Origin: Xylographa opegraphella
Lineage: Eukaryota
Direction: 5' to 3'
Assembly (NCBI GenBank): GCA_022813865.1
Contig: JALDZX010000006.1
Location: 496,001 to 560,000, forward strand
DNA length: 64,000 bases
Part shown: piece after piece, positions 12,537 through 25,246 of the stretch
How positions within the stretch are numbered: position 1 is the stretch's first letter
Layout: every line of letters begins with the position of its first letter
The notes under the pieces: model-generated
The model's database searches: none
Told to the model about the DNA's origin: nothing
What the model saw: the letters and a program-made list of their open reading frames with translations, nothing else
Made by a program: the position numbers and the translations under genes

Positions 12537-14998
12537 GACTCCAAGTGTAATAACAATTCCGTAACGTACGACAGGCTAACACCATCCAAAACAAGAGAAA
12601 ACAAGCTTTTGGGATTCAGAGTGACAGCAGCAGAATTGATTTCGTGTAGCATGCCCGGATCTGAGGAGAAATGCAAAATATTGCTCACAGCCCAAACTTC
12701 GGTCTCGTGGTAGCAACTGACGATATTATAAGAAGGAGGTAAGACAGCTAGATACAATGCTGGCTATGTAGAAACCACTCATGGCTATATCGCCGATATA
12801 AGCGGGGTCAAAACGCGATACGGCAGAAGGTAAGCACGGCTGGAAGAGCTCGTTCGGGAGAGCTTTTACACCAAGCAGGGACTACCTCAAAAGAAGGTCA
12901 AGCGGCGTCACACCTGACATCCACTCATAAGGAAATTCCCTGCGGCACAGAGACATGAAACATAGGTGGCCGAGGCGCATTGAGAAAGAGGGTGTACAGA
13001 AAATATGGTTGTGTAGTCGGGAAGGCTAGAGAAACAAGACTGGGACCTGCCGGTTCAACCATGGGGTACTTGGGGTGGTAGAGACTGCGTTTAAGTCGTG
13101 TTTGTTCGGTAAGTCCAATGTACGATTGATAACCCAGTCAACCAAATCAACCACAAGCATTTATATACTGCTGGGTCCCAAATGAGGTTCAAATATGGAG
13201 CGTGTTGATAGCTTGTTATCGGATATTCCACATGTTGTTAAGAGCAAGTGAGTATCGAGGGTCACGAGCAAGAGCTTTGCTTCGGTGTGCCCTCCGGATA
13301 ACTCGGCCTGGGTTCTTTGTGCCTATGTCTCTCTATAGACCTATATTTGTCACACATATTGCAATGACACCAGATCTGTAGAGTTCCGGCAAATCCGTCA
13401 AAAATCCATTGGGGGCCGAATTTGGTGCTGTGCCGCTGTCACATCGGAGACTCAGCCTTTTGCTCGCAGTTTATCGATAGAGGCAGGGATCCAGGAGACA
13501 CAGAAAGGCAGCTGCACGCCCATACTAGACTTCCGAAGGAGGGCTATCCCACCCTCTGGCTGGTGGAGAGCACCGTGAATTTCACAAGGCTGCGATTGGG
13601 CATTGAAGAAGATGTTGCTGCCGCAATCACATCAGCTGCAGCAAGGATCCTGTATCACAAAGCCAGCGCACAATCTTGCGCCTGTCTGCATATACGGACT
13701 ACTTTACTCGTGATTATCCAACCAATGAGGAATACAGGTGGCTGGCACTCCGTGGAGGCGCAGCCTTGGAAAGAAACAACATACCAAAACTTTGGGGGTT
13801 GCGGGATAAAAATAATCAGCGAAGAAAGGTAAGCACGCAAACTTTGTTGATAACATTTGAATTCGCATGAGCTGCTGGGGGTCCTCGTCAAAATCATATT
13901 CGAGGATGGTGCCTGAGAAGAGAAGGGAAGCTCAACGCTCGTGCAATCGCGCTTCCTCTCTGAGTTCCGCCTAAGGGCGCTAAACAAGCATTTTCCCCCG
14001 CGCGGGTGCCCTAAGTTCACTCGGGAACCCGGTCACCCGGGGAAGTGGGAAGGGCTTTAACTAACGCATCGGCGGTGTCGTTGAAACAGGGACGGATCTC
14101 AGCGAGAACGCTAAACTGAAGTACCTAGTACCTCAGGTACGGAGTTGGTATTGTAACTCAGCTGACAACAGCAACAAAAGCTACTGATAAAGTGTGTAAA
14201 ATAGAAGGTCCCTATTATGCCTAGACTTCAGGACTTAAGGGAGTTTATCCAGGCGATATCCCTAAATGGCCCGTAAAGCTGTATCATACCATCACTAGCG
14301 CGTGCGAGGACTTCTGGTGTACGGCTCCGTACCAGCCGAATTCGCGATTTCTGATTCTGAATGGGTAACCACTCATCACCCACGAATCCTGGTAAATAAA
14401 GTGGAAGTACAAGCTATTGCCCATTAGTGGCACGGTGGCTCAGTCGCAAGAAATACTAGCTGTATAGGGAATATGACAGATTCATTCATACTCCTAAATA
14501 GAATGATCGAAGAATCAATTGCTCACAAAGCCTTCGTGGCTTGTACCACCATCTCAAGCATATCAAACTACTCGTCTTCTCCGACACACCACAGCTAGAA
14601 CCTACCGAAGTCCTTGCAACTGTTTTCGTAAAGCCGTGAGCTCATCAGCGCTGGCGGCGTGATATCTGCATAAGAGATTCTGGTCGTTGCTGGAGTCTGG
14701 AAACAAAACACCTATTACGCAAGTAATATGCGCACGCTAGTATTGGTAGTTGTGACACTAAATCCCACTACCATGCGATCCCTGTTCAACGTTTTGCGCA
14801 TTATTTTTCATGTACTCTCGTACTTGAGGTTAAGCTACAGAGGTACAGGATTCTTTAATAATAATATAAGAAATAAAGCACTATCTTATTGATTCTGAAA
14901 TCCTCTTACCTCGCCAAGATAATCACAAAACACCTCGTCCACATGCACATGTCTTGCATGACGCCTCATTGACCGCATTCACAAGCTCCGCATTCGCC

Positions 14999-16425
14999 AT
15001 GATGGCAAACATCTCCATCCCCTCCCTCGACGAGCTTTCCTTGAACGACTCAACCCGGGAACCCACCACAGCCAATACTCCCACCGCACCACCGACGCCT
15101 GCGATACTCTCCGAGATCCAAAACATAGCCACTCACGTCCAACCCCCCACCGTCCCCGCCCACCGCTCCCACGACCCCTCCAACAACCTGAAGCGCTCCG
15201 ACCCCTTCCAATTTGGCTCCCGCTACCTCGAAGAAGGCGACTCAATCTTCGAGTAAGCCTCCAGCCCTTTCTTCTCCAGCACTCTCCCCCTCCCTCTCCT
15301 CCTCGCACTAATCGCCCCCCACCCCACAGATTCAACGCCTGGGACCACGTCGACCCCTCCACCGACCCCCTCTACACCTCCTACACCGCCCACCAGCTCG
15401 CCTTCCAACGCACCCACGCCGTCACCCCCTTCGACGCCCGCCGCTTCGCCACCCACCCGGACAAGTGGTGGGACAAATTCTACACGCACAACACCAGCCA
15501 CTTCTTCAAGGACCGCAAGTGGCTGCGGCAGGAGTTCCCCGTCCTGAGCGACTGCACGCGCGCGCGCACCGCCGCCGAGGCCGCAGACCCACACGTCGGC
15601 CGGAACGTCATCTTGGAGGTTGGCGCCGGCGCGGGCAACACTGCGTTTCCGATCCTGGCGGGGAACGAGAACCCGCGCTTGGTGATCCATGCGTGCGATT
15701 TCTCGCGTAAGGCGGTGGAGCTGATCCGCGCGCATGAAGCGTACGACGGGGAGCGCATCAGGGCCGAGGTGTGGGATCTGGCGGACGCGACCGAGACGCT
15801 GCCTCCGGGAGTGGAGCCGGGGAGTGTGGATGTCGTGGTGCTGATATTCGTCTTCAGCGCGCTGAGCCCGGAGCAGTGGGGCCAGGCGGTGAAGAATGTG
15901 TGGCGCGCGCTGAAGCCAGGCGGGGAGGTGTGTTTCCGGGATTACGGGCGCGGCGATCTGGCGCAAGTACGGTTCAAAAAGGGGAGGTGGCTGGAAGAGA
16001 ACTTCTATGTTAGGGGGGATGGGACGAGGGTGTATTTCTTCGATGAGGAGGAGTTGAGAGGCATTTGGACAGGGCGCGTGAGCGCTGATAAAGTGGGTCG
16101 GGAACCAGAAGGGGAGGAGGAGATGAGTTCGTCGGACGGGCGGGACGAAGCTACGGAAGAGAAGGCTGGTGCTGGAGGCGGCACGGAGGAGACAATAAGA
16201 GATACTGGAGCAGAAATTCTGGCTTTCGAAGCTGTGAGTCTGGGCGTGGACAGGCGGCTGTTGGTCAACCGACAGAAGCAGCTGAAGATGTACCGGTGCT
16301 GGATGCAAGGTCGGTTCCGGAAACCAGAATCATCAGGCATGGCACCAAGGAAGTCGATACCCCAGAGCACTGATGCAGCAAGTTTACAAGGAAGTGGTGA
16401 TAGAATAAATATAAATCGGTCATGA
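14999..16425 (+). CDS. ABP140: tRNA N3-methylcytidine methyltransferase (Trm140/Abp140, METTL2/6 family)
   Basis: FQFGSRYL..E/FNAWDHV (intron 15253-15329), WWDKFY, FFKDRKWLRQEFP, SAM motif LEVGAGAGNTAFP, ACDFS, FRDYGRGDLAQVRFK, YVRGDGTRVYFF, RLLVNR..MYRCWMQ. Start may be 14999 or 15002. Confidence 0.93.
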
Positions 16426-16483
16426 ATGAAACTTTTCAACTGTCTGTTATTATGTATCATACGTCCTCTATACAACGCCATTC

Positions 16484-18512
16484 TTATGCCCCCACAACGT
16501 TGGACAACTCAGTGTTCGGCACGATGAACGGCTGAACTTGGTTTCTGACCATAGTCCTCTGCTCGTACGCATAGGCATACGAGATTAAGCTCGCTTCGCT
16601 GAAGGCAGTACCGAGGAAGCTGAGGCCGAATCTTATGACAGATCGATTAGCGGTCAAATGAGTGCACATGGGGGTTAGAGAAGACTCACGGGACATTCGG
16701 TCCTGTCTCCACTAGACTGCCTCTCCGATTCATGGTCAGGGTCGTGTTACTAGGATAGAAACCCATCGGCACCGTAACCACAGGCGTACCAACTAAAGCG
16801 GGCAATCCAGGCGAGAAGCTGGTCGGTAGGATCAGGGCGTCCAGGCTGTGGTTCGCGATCAATCCGAGTATACCCTGAGGGCCTGCGGTTTGAAGGTTGA
16901 TCTGGTATGCGGCCCAGAAACGTGGGTCGGTGTTGTTGAAGCCCAGAGCGAGGGATTCGTCCCAGACGCCGGTGTCACGATCCGGGTAGTCTTCCTGCGG
17001 AAAGTGCTGGGTGAAGTTCCTGACCTCTTCGAGATTGTGCACGTTGTTAGGATTCGTGACGAGCTTTGAAAGATATTCTCCTGGGAGGTCGGAGACAAAG
17101 TCCGCGTCCAAGACGATACCCGAGGCGTTTCCATTGAAGTATTGATCGAGAGCATAAGCGGTAATGTTCAGGTTGTCAATTACGGTTGCGCCAGCTTTCT
17201 CGAGAACTGTGATCGCGGCTTCGAATGCGGCCAGTACTGGTGCGTCTCCCTTTTGTTGGTATATGACATTTCGGGGGATTCCAATCCTCTTGCCCATTAG
17301 ACCAGAAAAGTTACATGCTCCAACGTAGTCTGGCAGAGTATCAAAGGGTATCGCAGAGGTGTAGTTATCATTGGGATCCTTCCCGGCAATTGCTTGAAGG
17401 AGGTACGCAGCGTCTTTCACTGTACGTGCCATAGGTCCAACAGTATCTTGTCGCTGATATGTCGTCAGTGGGGTTGGAAAGAGGGTATTTACTTAATTAC
17501 TTGACTTATAGGCACGACTAAAGCGCGAGATGTAAGACCAACTGTAGGCTTGATTCCTACCAAATTGTTCTTTTCACTAGGACTGAGAATACTACCACTA
17601 GTCTGTTGTTGTCAGGAAATGATCATGATAATAAAGAAGGAAGTCGACGTACCTCCGTGCCAAGTGCCGAAAGGGCAAGTCCAATGGATGCGCCAACACC
17701 ACTTCCACTTGAGCTACCGCTGGGATCTTGGTGATAATAGTAAGCAGCATATGTTTGGCCACCGTAAGCACTCCAGCCATTCGTAGAATTGTTTGATCTG
17801 AAATTCGCCCATTGACTCAGGTTCGTTTTGCCGAGAATGACTGCGCCAGCAGCCCGGAGCTTAGCAGCCACTCCTGAGTCACGAGGTAGAGTTGCGCCGA
17901 GAAGAGCAAAGGATCCAGCTGTCATTGTTAGTGCGCTTCATTTGAATGTCGAACGTATATGGCTGACTGACCAGTAGTGTTCATTTTGTCCAATGTTCCG
18001 ATGTTGCCTTTGATCAAAATCGGCAGCCCGTGCAGCGGTCTTGAGTACGAATTAGCCCGAGTCTATCGGTCTTTGCAAGAGCGAAAGTAACCCTCTGACT
18101 GTGCCATTGGCCCGCTCTGCGTCCAATTCGGCTGCAATGCTTAGAGCATCCGGATTGAGCTCGGTAACAACATTCAGTGTCGCGTTGACTTCATTTATAC
18201 GTGCAATGTACGCCTGTTGCTAAATTAGCAAGATTCGAGATGTGGGGCCGCTGTCTTACGGTCACAAGATCAACGCTGGTGAATTGCCCACTCTCCAGAC
18301 CGACTGCTAACTCTTCAGTGGTAACGTCGATGAGACTTGGGAAGGTTTTTCCATTGACTATAACCACATTAGCATCAGCAAAAACACTGATTCTGGGATA
18401 GGACGTGTCTACCTATTTGCGTCTGATAAGAGTACTGGCCGTTGGCAACTGTGAAGAGGGTTGCCAAAGCAAGGACGATCAGCGATAGCACTGACTTTAG
18501 GGAAGCAGACAT
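16484..18512 (-). CDS. Secreted amidase-signature family protein, multi-exon
   Basis: Signal peptide [106 protein letters not shown]; several short introns. Confidence 0.92.
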
Positions 18513-19632
18513 TTTGAGATGCTTAGGATGCGCAAGTAGACTGGCATATTTGCGGGCCCCTCCCGGGTCTTTATGAGCAGCATATCGCCCACAACAAACG
18601 AACCTGTGAAGCTGCACTGAGCTTCTTCATGTGGCTAGTATTCCTTTGCCGTCAATAGAGGAAAGTGCCGATACCTGGTGTACGATAACGAGAAGGTTTT
18701 CGTCATAGCTCCTTGGGACTTCTTCGAGCTACCCTTGTCAGGGCAGTATCGATAAGAAAGCTGAACTTTGACCAATTGCCAGGCTGTAATTGGCCTTACC
18801 CCTGGTGTGATCCAGGTCCAGAAACGTGGGAGACAGATTTTTGGTGCCGAAGTGTGGGGACGTAAACGATAAGGTGCGGCGATCTTTGTCGTACGTCATC
18901 ACTCAGATATGAAATAGGCAGCTCATTCGTCTTATTGCTGTCTGCCCGTACGAAGTAATGAGATGCTCCACCGGCTACAGCCTCTAGCGCGCGTTTAGAG
19001 TGTGCAAGAAGACCAACCATAATCTGAAAACGAGGAGCCGAATTCTATCTATTCCTTAGAAGCGCTCACTGAAAGAGGAAGCCTACAAGAATTGCCAAGC
19101 GATAGCGTACATAATCAACCTGAAGGCTTCAGAAACCCCTGCAAAATTAGGACTACGAACTCCCCGAATATTCTTATACAGAACACTGTCTATGTTGCTG
19201 TCGATCAAGTTGTCATAAGCTGGGCCACGAAGCCATTGCGTTACAGGATAGGCCCGAAGATACCTTGGACACTCTATGCGTGAAACGCAGTAGCCACTAT
19301 AGTCGGAGAATCCGAGGTTGGAGGAGTACTGCAGCTATCCTACGGGACACTCCGTACATAACGATGATGATGTTACTTTCGTATGCAACATTCTATGTCA
19401 CTCCGGTACCAGAGAGTTGATATAACTCTATATAAACATGGCAGCCCATCTATGGGAAGGATAGTCCGAAGAATGGAGAGCTGAATGATACCGCGACTTG
19501 TGCGTTCGAGGTACGCGCTTTTCAGGAGCTGCTTGCTGAATCTCGTGTGGCACCATGGAGCAGTGACGCTACCCGAACCCGATGTTACTGGACTATGTTG
19601 GTTAACTACTGCGGAAATATTATTCAAAGACC

Positions 19633-19800
19633 ATGGCAAAGATCCTCGGCGTGGTCGGCGCGGTAGCCATGGGCATTAGCATCGCGGGTCTTGCCATCTA
19701 GCTAAGGTAGAATGCCAGCAGTGTTCAGCAGATATTTCGACTCCTGGACACCTGTAGAATGCGCCCCTACCAACCTCACGTGAAAAGCTTTCGTTGGCAA
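19633..19800 (+). pseudogene. Possible relic of a HeLo-like (fungal STAND N-terminal) gene start
   Basis: Reads MAKILGVVGAVAMGISIAGLAI*LR*NASSVQQIFRLLDT, resembling the N-terminal helix of HeLo-like domains (M-A-E-x-L-G-V-V-A-S-G-I-S-I-A-x-L-A-x-Q-L), with TAG at 19699 where CAG (Gln) would be expected. Similarity is lost after about 40 codons. Confidence 0.35.
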
Positions 19801-21017
19801 AACATCATGCTCAAGAGCAGTGGTTCACAAGTCTATAGGTTGTAGCTTGCGTATCTGAACAGGAGAGACTTCCCGCAGCGCAGTATCATAGTCTACAGAA
19901 TCCAGAAACACCGCCCAAATGCTCCAGGAAATTAATTTCACAGGCAGCTGTAGCCTTTCTGAGGCACAATTATGACGGCACGCAGTCTTCTGTTAGTTAC
20001 GCGTATCTTTGATCAAACAGCTCAACTCGAGTGGTATCGATCTCAATGAGGTTTATCAGCGGTCGTGGTGTCGATCGAAACACACAACCATTGAATTAAT
20101 AACGATGATGACGTTGAAAGCCCCTTGTGACACAGAAAGGATGATGCAGGCGCCAATGGCCATACCCGTCCCTTGCTTCAGAATATGGCTGGATACCAGC
20201 TATTGCGACCATCTTCTAAATATGGTCAGAAAGCCATACGGTGACCGCGGCACTCGGAACTTTCTTCTCTCCTACATCTCAGAGCTATATTGAAGACAAG
20301 AGCAGTAGGAAGAGCGGTTTGGTAAAGTCTGGGTACGCGTTTCGAAGAAAGGAATTTGAGTGAAGGACCAACGGAAAAAGATTAAGGGCAGCCTCGACGT
20401 AGTCAGATAAAACAGTGAGCTATTCGGAGAGGAGATCGTGGGACAGGAAGGTAGTCTACAAATACTTTAAGCGGGAAGAAGGTAGTATGAAGACCCTATG
20501 GAGGGGCGAAGACGAGTGATCAGAAGAGATGATGTCGTGAAGGAGTGATATTCATGTATCGATAGACAGGATGTGTGAGGAAGACTAAGGAAGAGCTGAA
20601 AATGCGTGGAGAGATAGACGGGCTTCAGGGCAATGATAGAGGTACTCAGGCAGCTTGAATAGCAACCAGGGATTTCTAGCACCTTATGAGAGGAAATAGC
20701 TGGAAGGAGGCAAACGCTATAAGATTCTAGGCAGAATGCATCACAGCGAGTGAACATATTACGAAACAAAATACACTGCGTAAAGCAGATATAGATATGC
20801 TAAAATCAGAGAAACGATGATCCTTTCTCCAATAAAAGCGCAATGGCTCACGACAATGCCATACTGTACTGTGTTGACCGCTTCGCGCGCCAATGCAAGA
20901 TGGCGCTTAATATATATTACTCGGCACGTAGGCTCGCAAGCTTCCCAAGGTAAGGTAAACAACCGTGTTCGACACCGAATGTTACATTGATTCTAGCTGC
21001 TCCAGCACCGCCCAGCA

Positions 21018-22917
21018 ATGATGGCGGATACAACCATTGTTTCTGCGACGCCGGAGCCGCCTGAGGATGCTACCAAACGTGAAGAATCTTTGGCGGCAGT
21101 CAAGGTATCTACAGCTTCCAAGAAGCCTCCACCAGAAACCGCCCATGACATTCGCATTCGTACCCTGGTTATCACCTCATTCTGGGTAACAGTTGTATTG
21201 TTTGGATTGCCAGTATGGTGGTGGACGACCTCAATTCACCGCTCTCGGCTGCCGCTGCACGAAATGCTGGAATGGGCTGATGGCAAGGTAAGCCTTATTT
21301 GAAGAAGTCAAGTCATATAGTGCATCGCTAATCCTGCTTCGCGATCAGGCATGCAAACCAACTTTTCCCTTGCAGATCATAGTAGATGCACCGTCGCTAT
21401 CGGAGAATGAAGCACAGCATCTTGTCAGGGCAACACAACATGCTCTGGATGATCTGAATGAATTCTCTGCGCATCACCTTCGTCTGAATCTATTCGAGTC
21501 TCTCACTATATCCAATCACTCTCTCACAGATCAATATCAAGAAGGCTCCGATCATAATTGCCTACAAGGCAAAAGTGGCAGACCTGAGGAATCGGCTTTA
21601 ACTGTTATGCTTAAGCAGGTTGACGGTGCTGGAGCAATCAGTGCAGAACTACAACCACACTCTAGCATTTTGAATATATTTTATCCTGCCAACCAAGCAG
21701 GTTCTACATCCTCGAGCTCGTCTGCGCTTGCAAACACGATTGCAAGTAAGCTACAGGATATTTTCGCGGAAGAACAAGCCAGTATTGCCTACGCCTTGAT
21801 AGCAAATCAACCACATGCCAATGGCCAGGTGTCTTCGACCAGTGGCAGCGGCCAGATGTCACCCAGTTCGCCGTCGAATTCTTCTATACGTGAGCAAAGA
21901 TCCAGCATATCAAGGACGTTGTCACCCGAACTTGCAGATAAGCTAGGTCGACGGACGACAAGGTCGCTAAAGTATGCTCCGACATACCACATTACAATAT
22001 CACTTTTCACTCCCACGTCTGCACCATCGTCATGGGATATCGAATCAGCTATTGATGAATATCTAGCTCCGTTACTAGCATCCTTTTCAATAAGTAATTT
22101 CACGGTGGACACTCAAGTGCAGCTGTACGCAACGTTTTCACCATCGATCCAACAACCAGAACATAATTCTGAACTTGGTATATGGACATTGAGAAAGGAA
22201 GACCTCAGTGGCTTCGTCAATGCGGCAGAATGGCCATTGAGCCCCAGCATTGGCGAGGGTCCCACTCTAAACTTCATACTTTATGTCCCTAGTGAACAGA
22301 TGAGTCCACTGATGGTGAAAGACAGCCATGTAACAAGCTGGCTAGTTCCGCAATGGGGCGGTATCACCATTTTTAACCCTTCTTCAGAGGTAGAGATTTC
22401 GAGATCCAGATCAAGTCTTTCCAAAGAAGCCATCCGTCCTGCCTTGTTGACATTTTCGCATCAGCTTCTATCGCTTCTGGGCGCGCCCGAATCACCTTCC
22501 TCATTCCCACTGCAGCTTCAAACATTGACTCGTGTCCGTGCAGCTTCGCTTCTGCTATCCGCCTCCTCCACCATGGGCTCACTCGCGCGCCTCACGGTCG
22601 CCCTTCCGTCAATAGCGATACCCAAGAACGTAGCTATTGCTGTCGATACGACGCTTACACATTTGCGTGCCACTTGTCTCAGTCTTACAGAAGGCAGATT
22701 CAATGATGCTCTGGAGCATGCAAGAATTGCGGAAGCGGAAGCTGAGAAAGGTTTCTTTGATAAGAGTATGGTTGGACAGGTCTATTTTCCAGACGAGCAT
22801 AAAGTTGCAGTGTATCTTCCCCTGCTCGGCCCGATAGGTGTGCCTCTCGTCATGAGTGCATTGAAGGAGATTAGGCGGTACTGGAAGGTTTGGAGAGGTA
22901 GGCGGACTGGTCGTTGA
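21018..22917 (+). CDS. GPI17: GPI transamidase component PIG-S / Gpi17
   Basis: N-terminal TM SFWVTVVLFGLPVWWWTTSIHRSRLP; intron 21288-21348; NFTVDTQVQLYA, LSGFVNAAEW, WLVPQWGGI, FFDKSMVGQVYFPDEHKVAVYLPLLGP. Confidence 0.95.
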
Positions 22918-25246
22918 GTAAGGGCAGCTGCGAATGGCGACGCACTTGTCTCGTCACACAATTGCAAATGCACTTCCAAAGTCCATGAGGGAAGAGTTCC
23001 GAGCTTGAGGACCTTGACTGTAAACGTGAAGGTGAACCCTAACGATCAAGCGCTCTTGAACTGAGCACTCCCGTTAGGGTTCTCGCGGATGTATACAACT
23101 ACACGCAAAAATTCAGTTCATCCAGAGGGCAGCTTCATCCGCTCTTTCTTGGGCCATCCCTACCACGCGATGAGGACTGGAGATACAAAAAGAAATGGTC
23201 TTTTAGCAAGTGTCAGAGGATTGTTGAAGAGTAATAACAAGGATCAATTGAGGCGATAGAAAGCGGCAGTCCGGCTGCATTTGGTACAGGCGCAGGCCGT
23301 GCCCGTGGTTTGGACCTGCACCTGCCTATTCAGGTTACATATATGGTTGGTCGAAAGGTCGCTGGTGGATCAACTGCGGACCCAAGATCTGTCGGGCTGC
23401 TTGGCTGTACTCCCCAGCACTCTGTGGGCTCTCCAAGCATATTCTGGGCAAGCAGTTATTGTGGATGTACATGACAACCAAGTGCTTCGTCTGAACCCAG
23501 GCAAGCAGACATGATCTCGTTGTCGATCATGGTGGGCATCGACATCTTGGGATGTGGCGGTGCTTAGTGCCGGCCAGTTCTTAGATATGAGACAATGGCA
23601 GAATGCGATTACTGAGTAAGGTCGACCGTGAAAAACTCTCTTCCTTGCTTAGCGGAGCCATATGCTGCATCCAGTGTCGCGTGACCATTTCAGGAACACA
23701 TGTGCATATTGACCCCTGTGCTGGCTCTTCTCGCCGTGAAGGCCTCAATGCAAGAAGCATCACGCCACTAGTCTTACCCCTTCCTTCCAGCCGGGGTAAA
23801 GACTAGGCGTTTGCGAGTACAGGCCCTTCTCGCCGTCACGGACGAAGGATGGGACGGGTTGAGCTTTTGGGGATTGGTTGATGGGTTCAAGTCGGCCCGA
23901 GTCGCGTATGATCTCACAAGAACATCATGCACCGGGACGACTTCGAAGACCCGAGTCGTGAGTGTGAGCAAAGAAATACATCGTTGGGTGCGGATGTGAG
24001 GTTGTCTCTCCCAAGGCACCGGTAGACCACTAATCGCAATGGTTCAATACTTGTATGATATTTATGTTTATTGACGATGATGACACTTTTGTAACACCAA
24101 ATTCTACATACGCGCTTCGGCCCGAGTGTGCTACCGCAACCTCGGCAGCACTGGTCAGGGTGGATCCACGCTAATTTAAGACTAAATTCCCTGCTGGCGG
24201 ATCATGAGCCCTCCTTTAATACAACCTCATCCGTTTGTTCGCCAGCTGGATTCACTGTTCACTGTTCACTGTGCATACCTGGACCATGAACTGCTCAGCT
24301 GAAACCTGGCTCAGAGGTATGATAGATACTCTTCCCTAGGCGGGCAAACACCGGTTCAGACTTGATACTTAACCTGCGTAACCTGGCGAGAAAGACTGTC
24401 CGCGTCGAAGATGCGACGTCCCGGTATTGGACCGTCGCTAGTAGGCAAGCGGAGAGAAGTATGATGAAACGCCCGCAAGTCCTTGATGAATCTGTGCGTG
24501 GGGCACGCTATGGCGCGAAACCAGATCTGCATCCGCTCGGGCACAGCTTGTCACAATCGGGCATATGAGCCTTCCCCCGTCCATACAGGTACTGCCGACC
24601 AGCAGCTCTGGTTCAATATCAATGGCAGAGCCTCGACGTGACGCCATGGTCAAGAAGTGTGGATCAAAGTATGTTAACGGCCTTCCGCTACCACTGCTGC
24701 GTTCTGCTTGATCCGCTTCATGACCCTTATGCACCGTTCCGATATTCCTACAACAAGGCCATTCGCGCGTCGCATCCGCTGTAACTCAGACACCACTAGT
24801 TTCTCCTGAATCTTGCCTTGTTCTAACATGCCGTCCAATTCGGATTGGTTCTTCGCTACTGTGGTCAGTCGAGGTCGTCCGCTTCTTTCCTCTTCATCGT
24901 TCGATCCATGACAAAGGCTGCATTCATGTTGGTGCTTTTATAGCTCGAATTCAGATCACTTGAGCATGCCACTCTACGCTTTTCCAATGTCACTATCTCT
25001 TTCAATACTGCTACCTTTGTACCTCTAGATCATAACTCCTTCTGGTAAATCTTTCCAGTATCAAAACATAGTGGGCAATGTAAAATCCGCCTAATGGCGG
25101 CATGAATGACAAATTAGTGTGTAAAAAATAGACTTCTTCGGCATTCTGAACACCAACATCAACCTCTGGACAATCAACCGACTACAGATTGACCCAACAA
25201 CTACGCAAGGCTTTAATGAAGCGGCACAGCATCTAGACAGTCTACG

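Noticed and set aside
15223..16308. 361-aa minus-strand ORF
   Set aside because: Antisense shadow of TRM140/ABP140.
23200..24750. Short ORFs between GPI17 and the DUF8004-like gene
   Set aside because: No motifs or coherent splice model; may be an eroded gene or UTR but cannot be supported.
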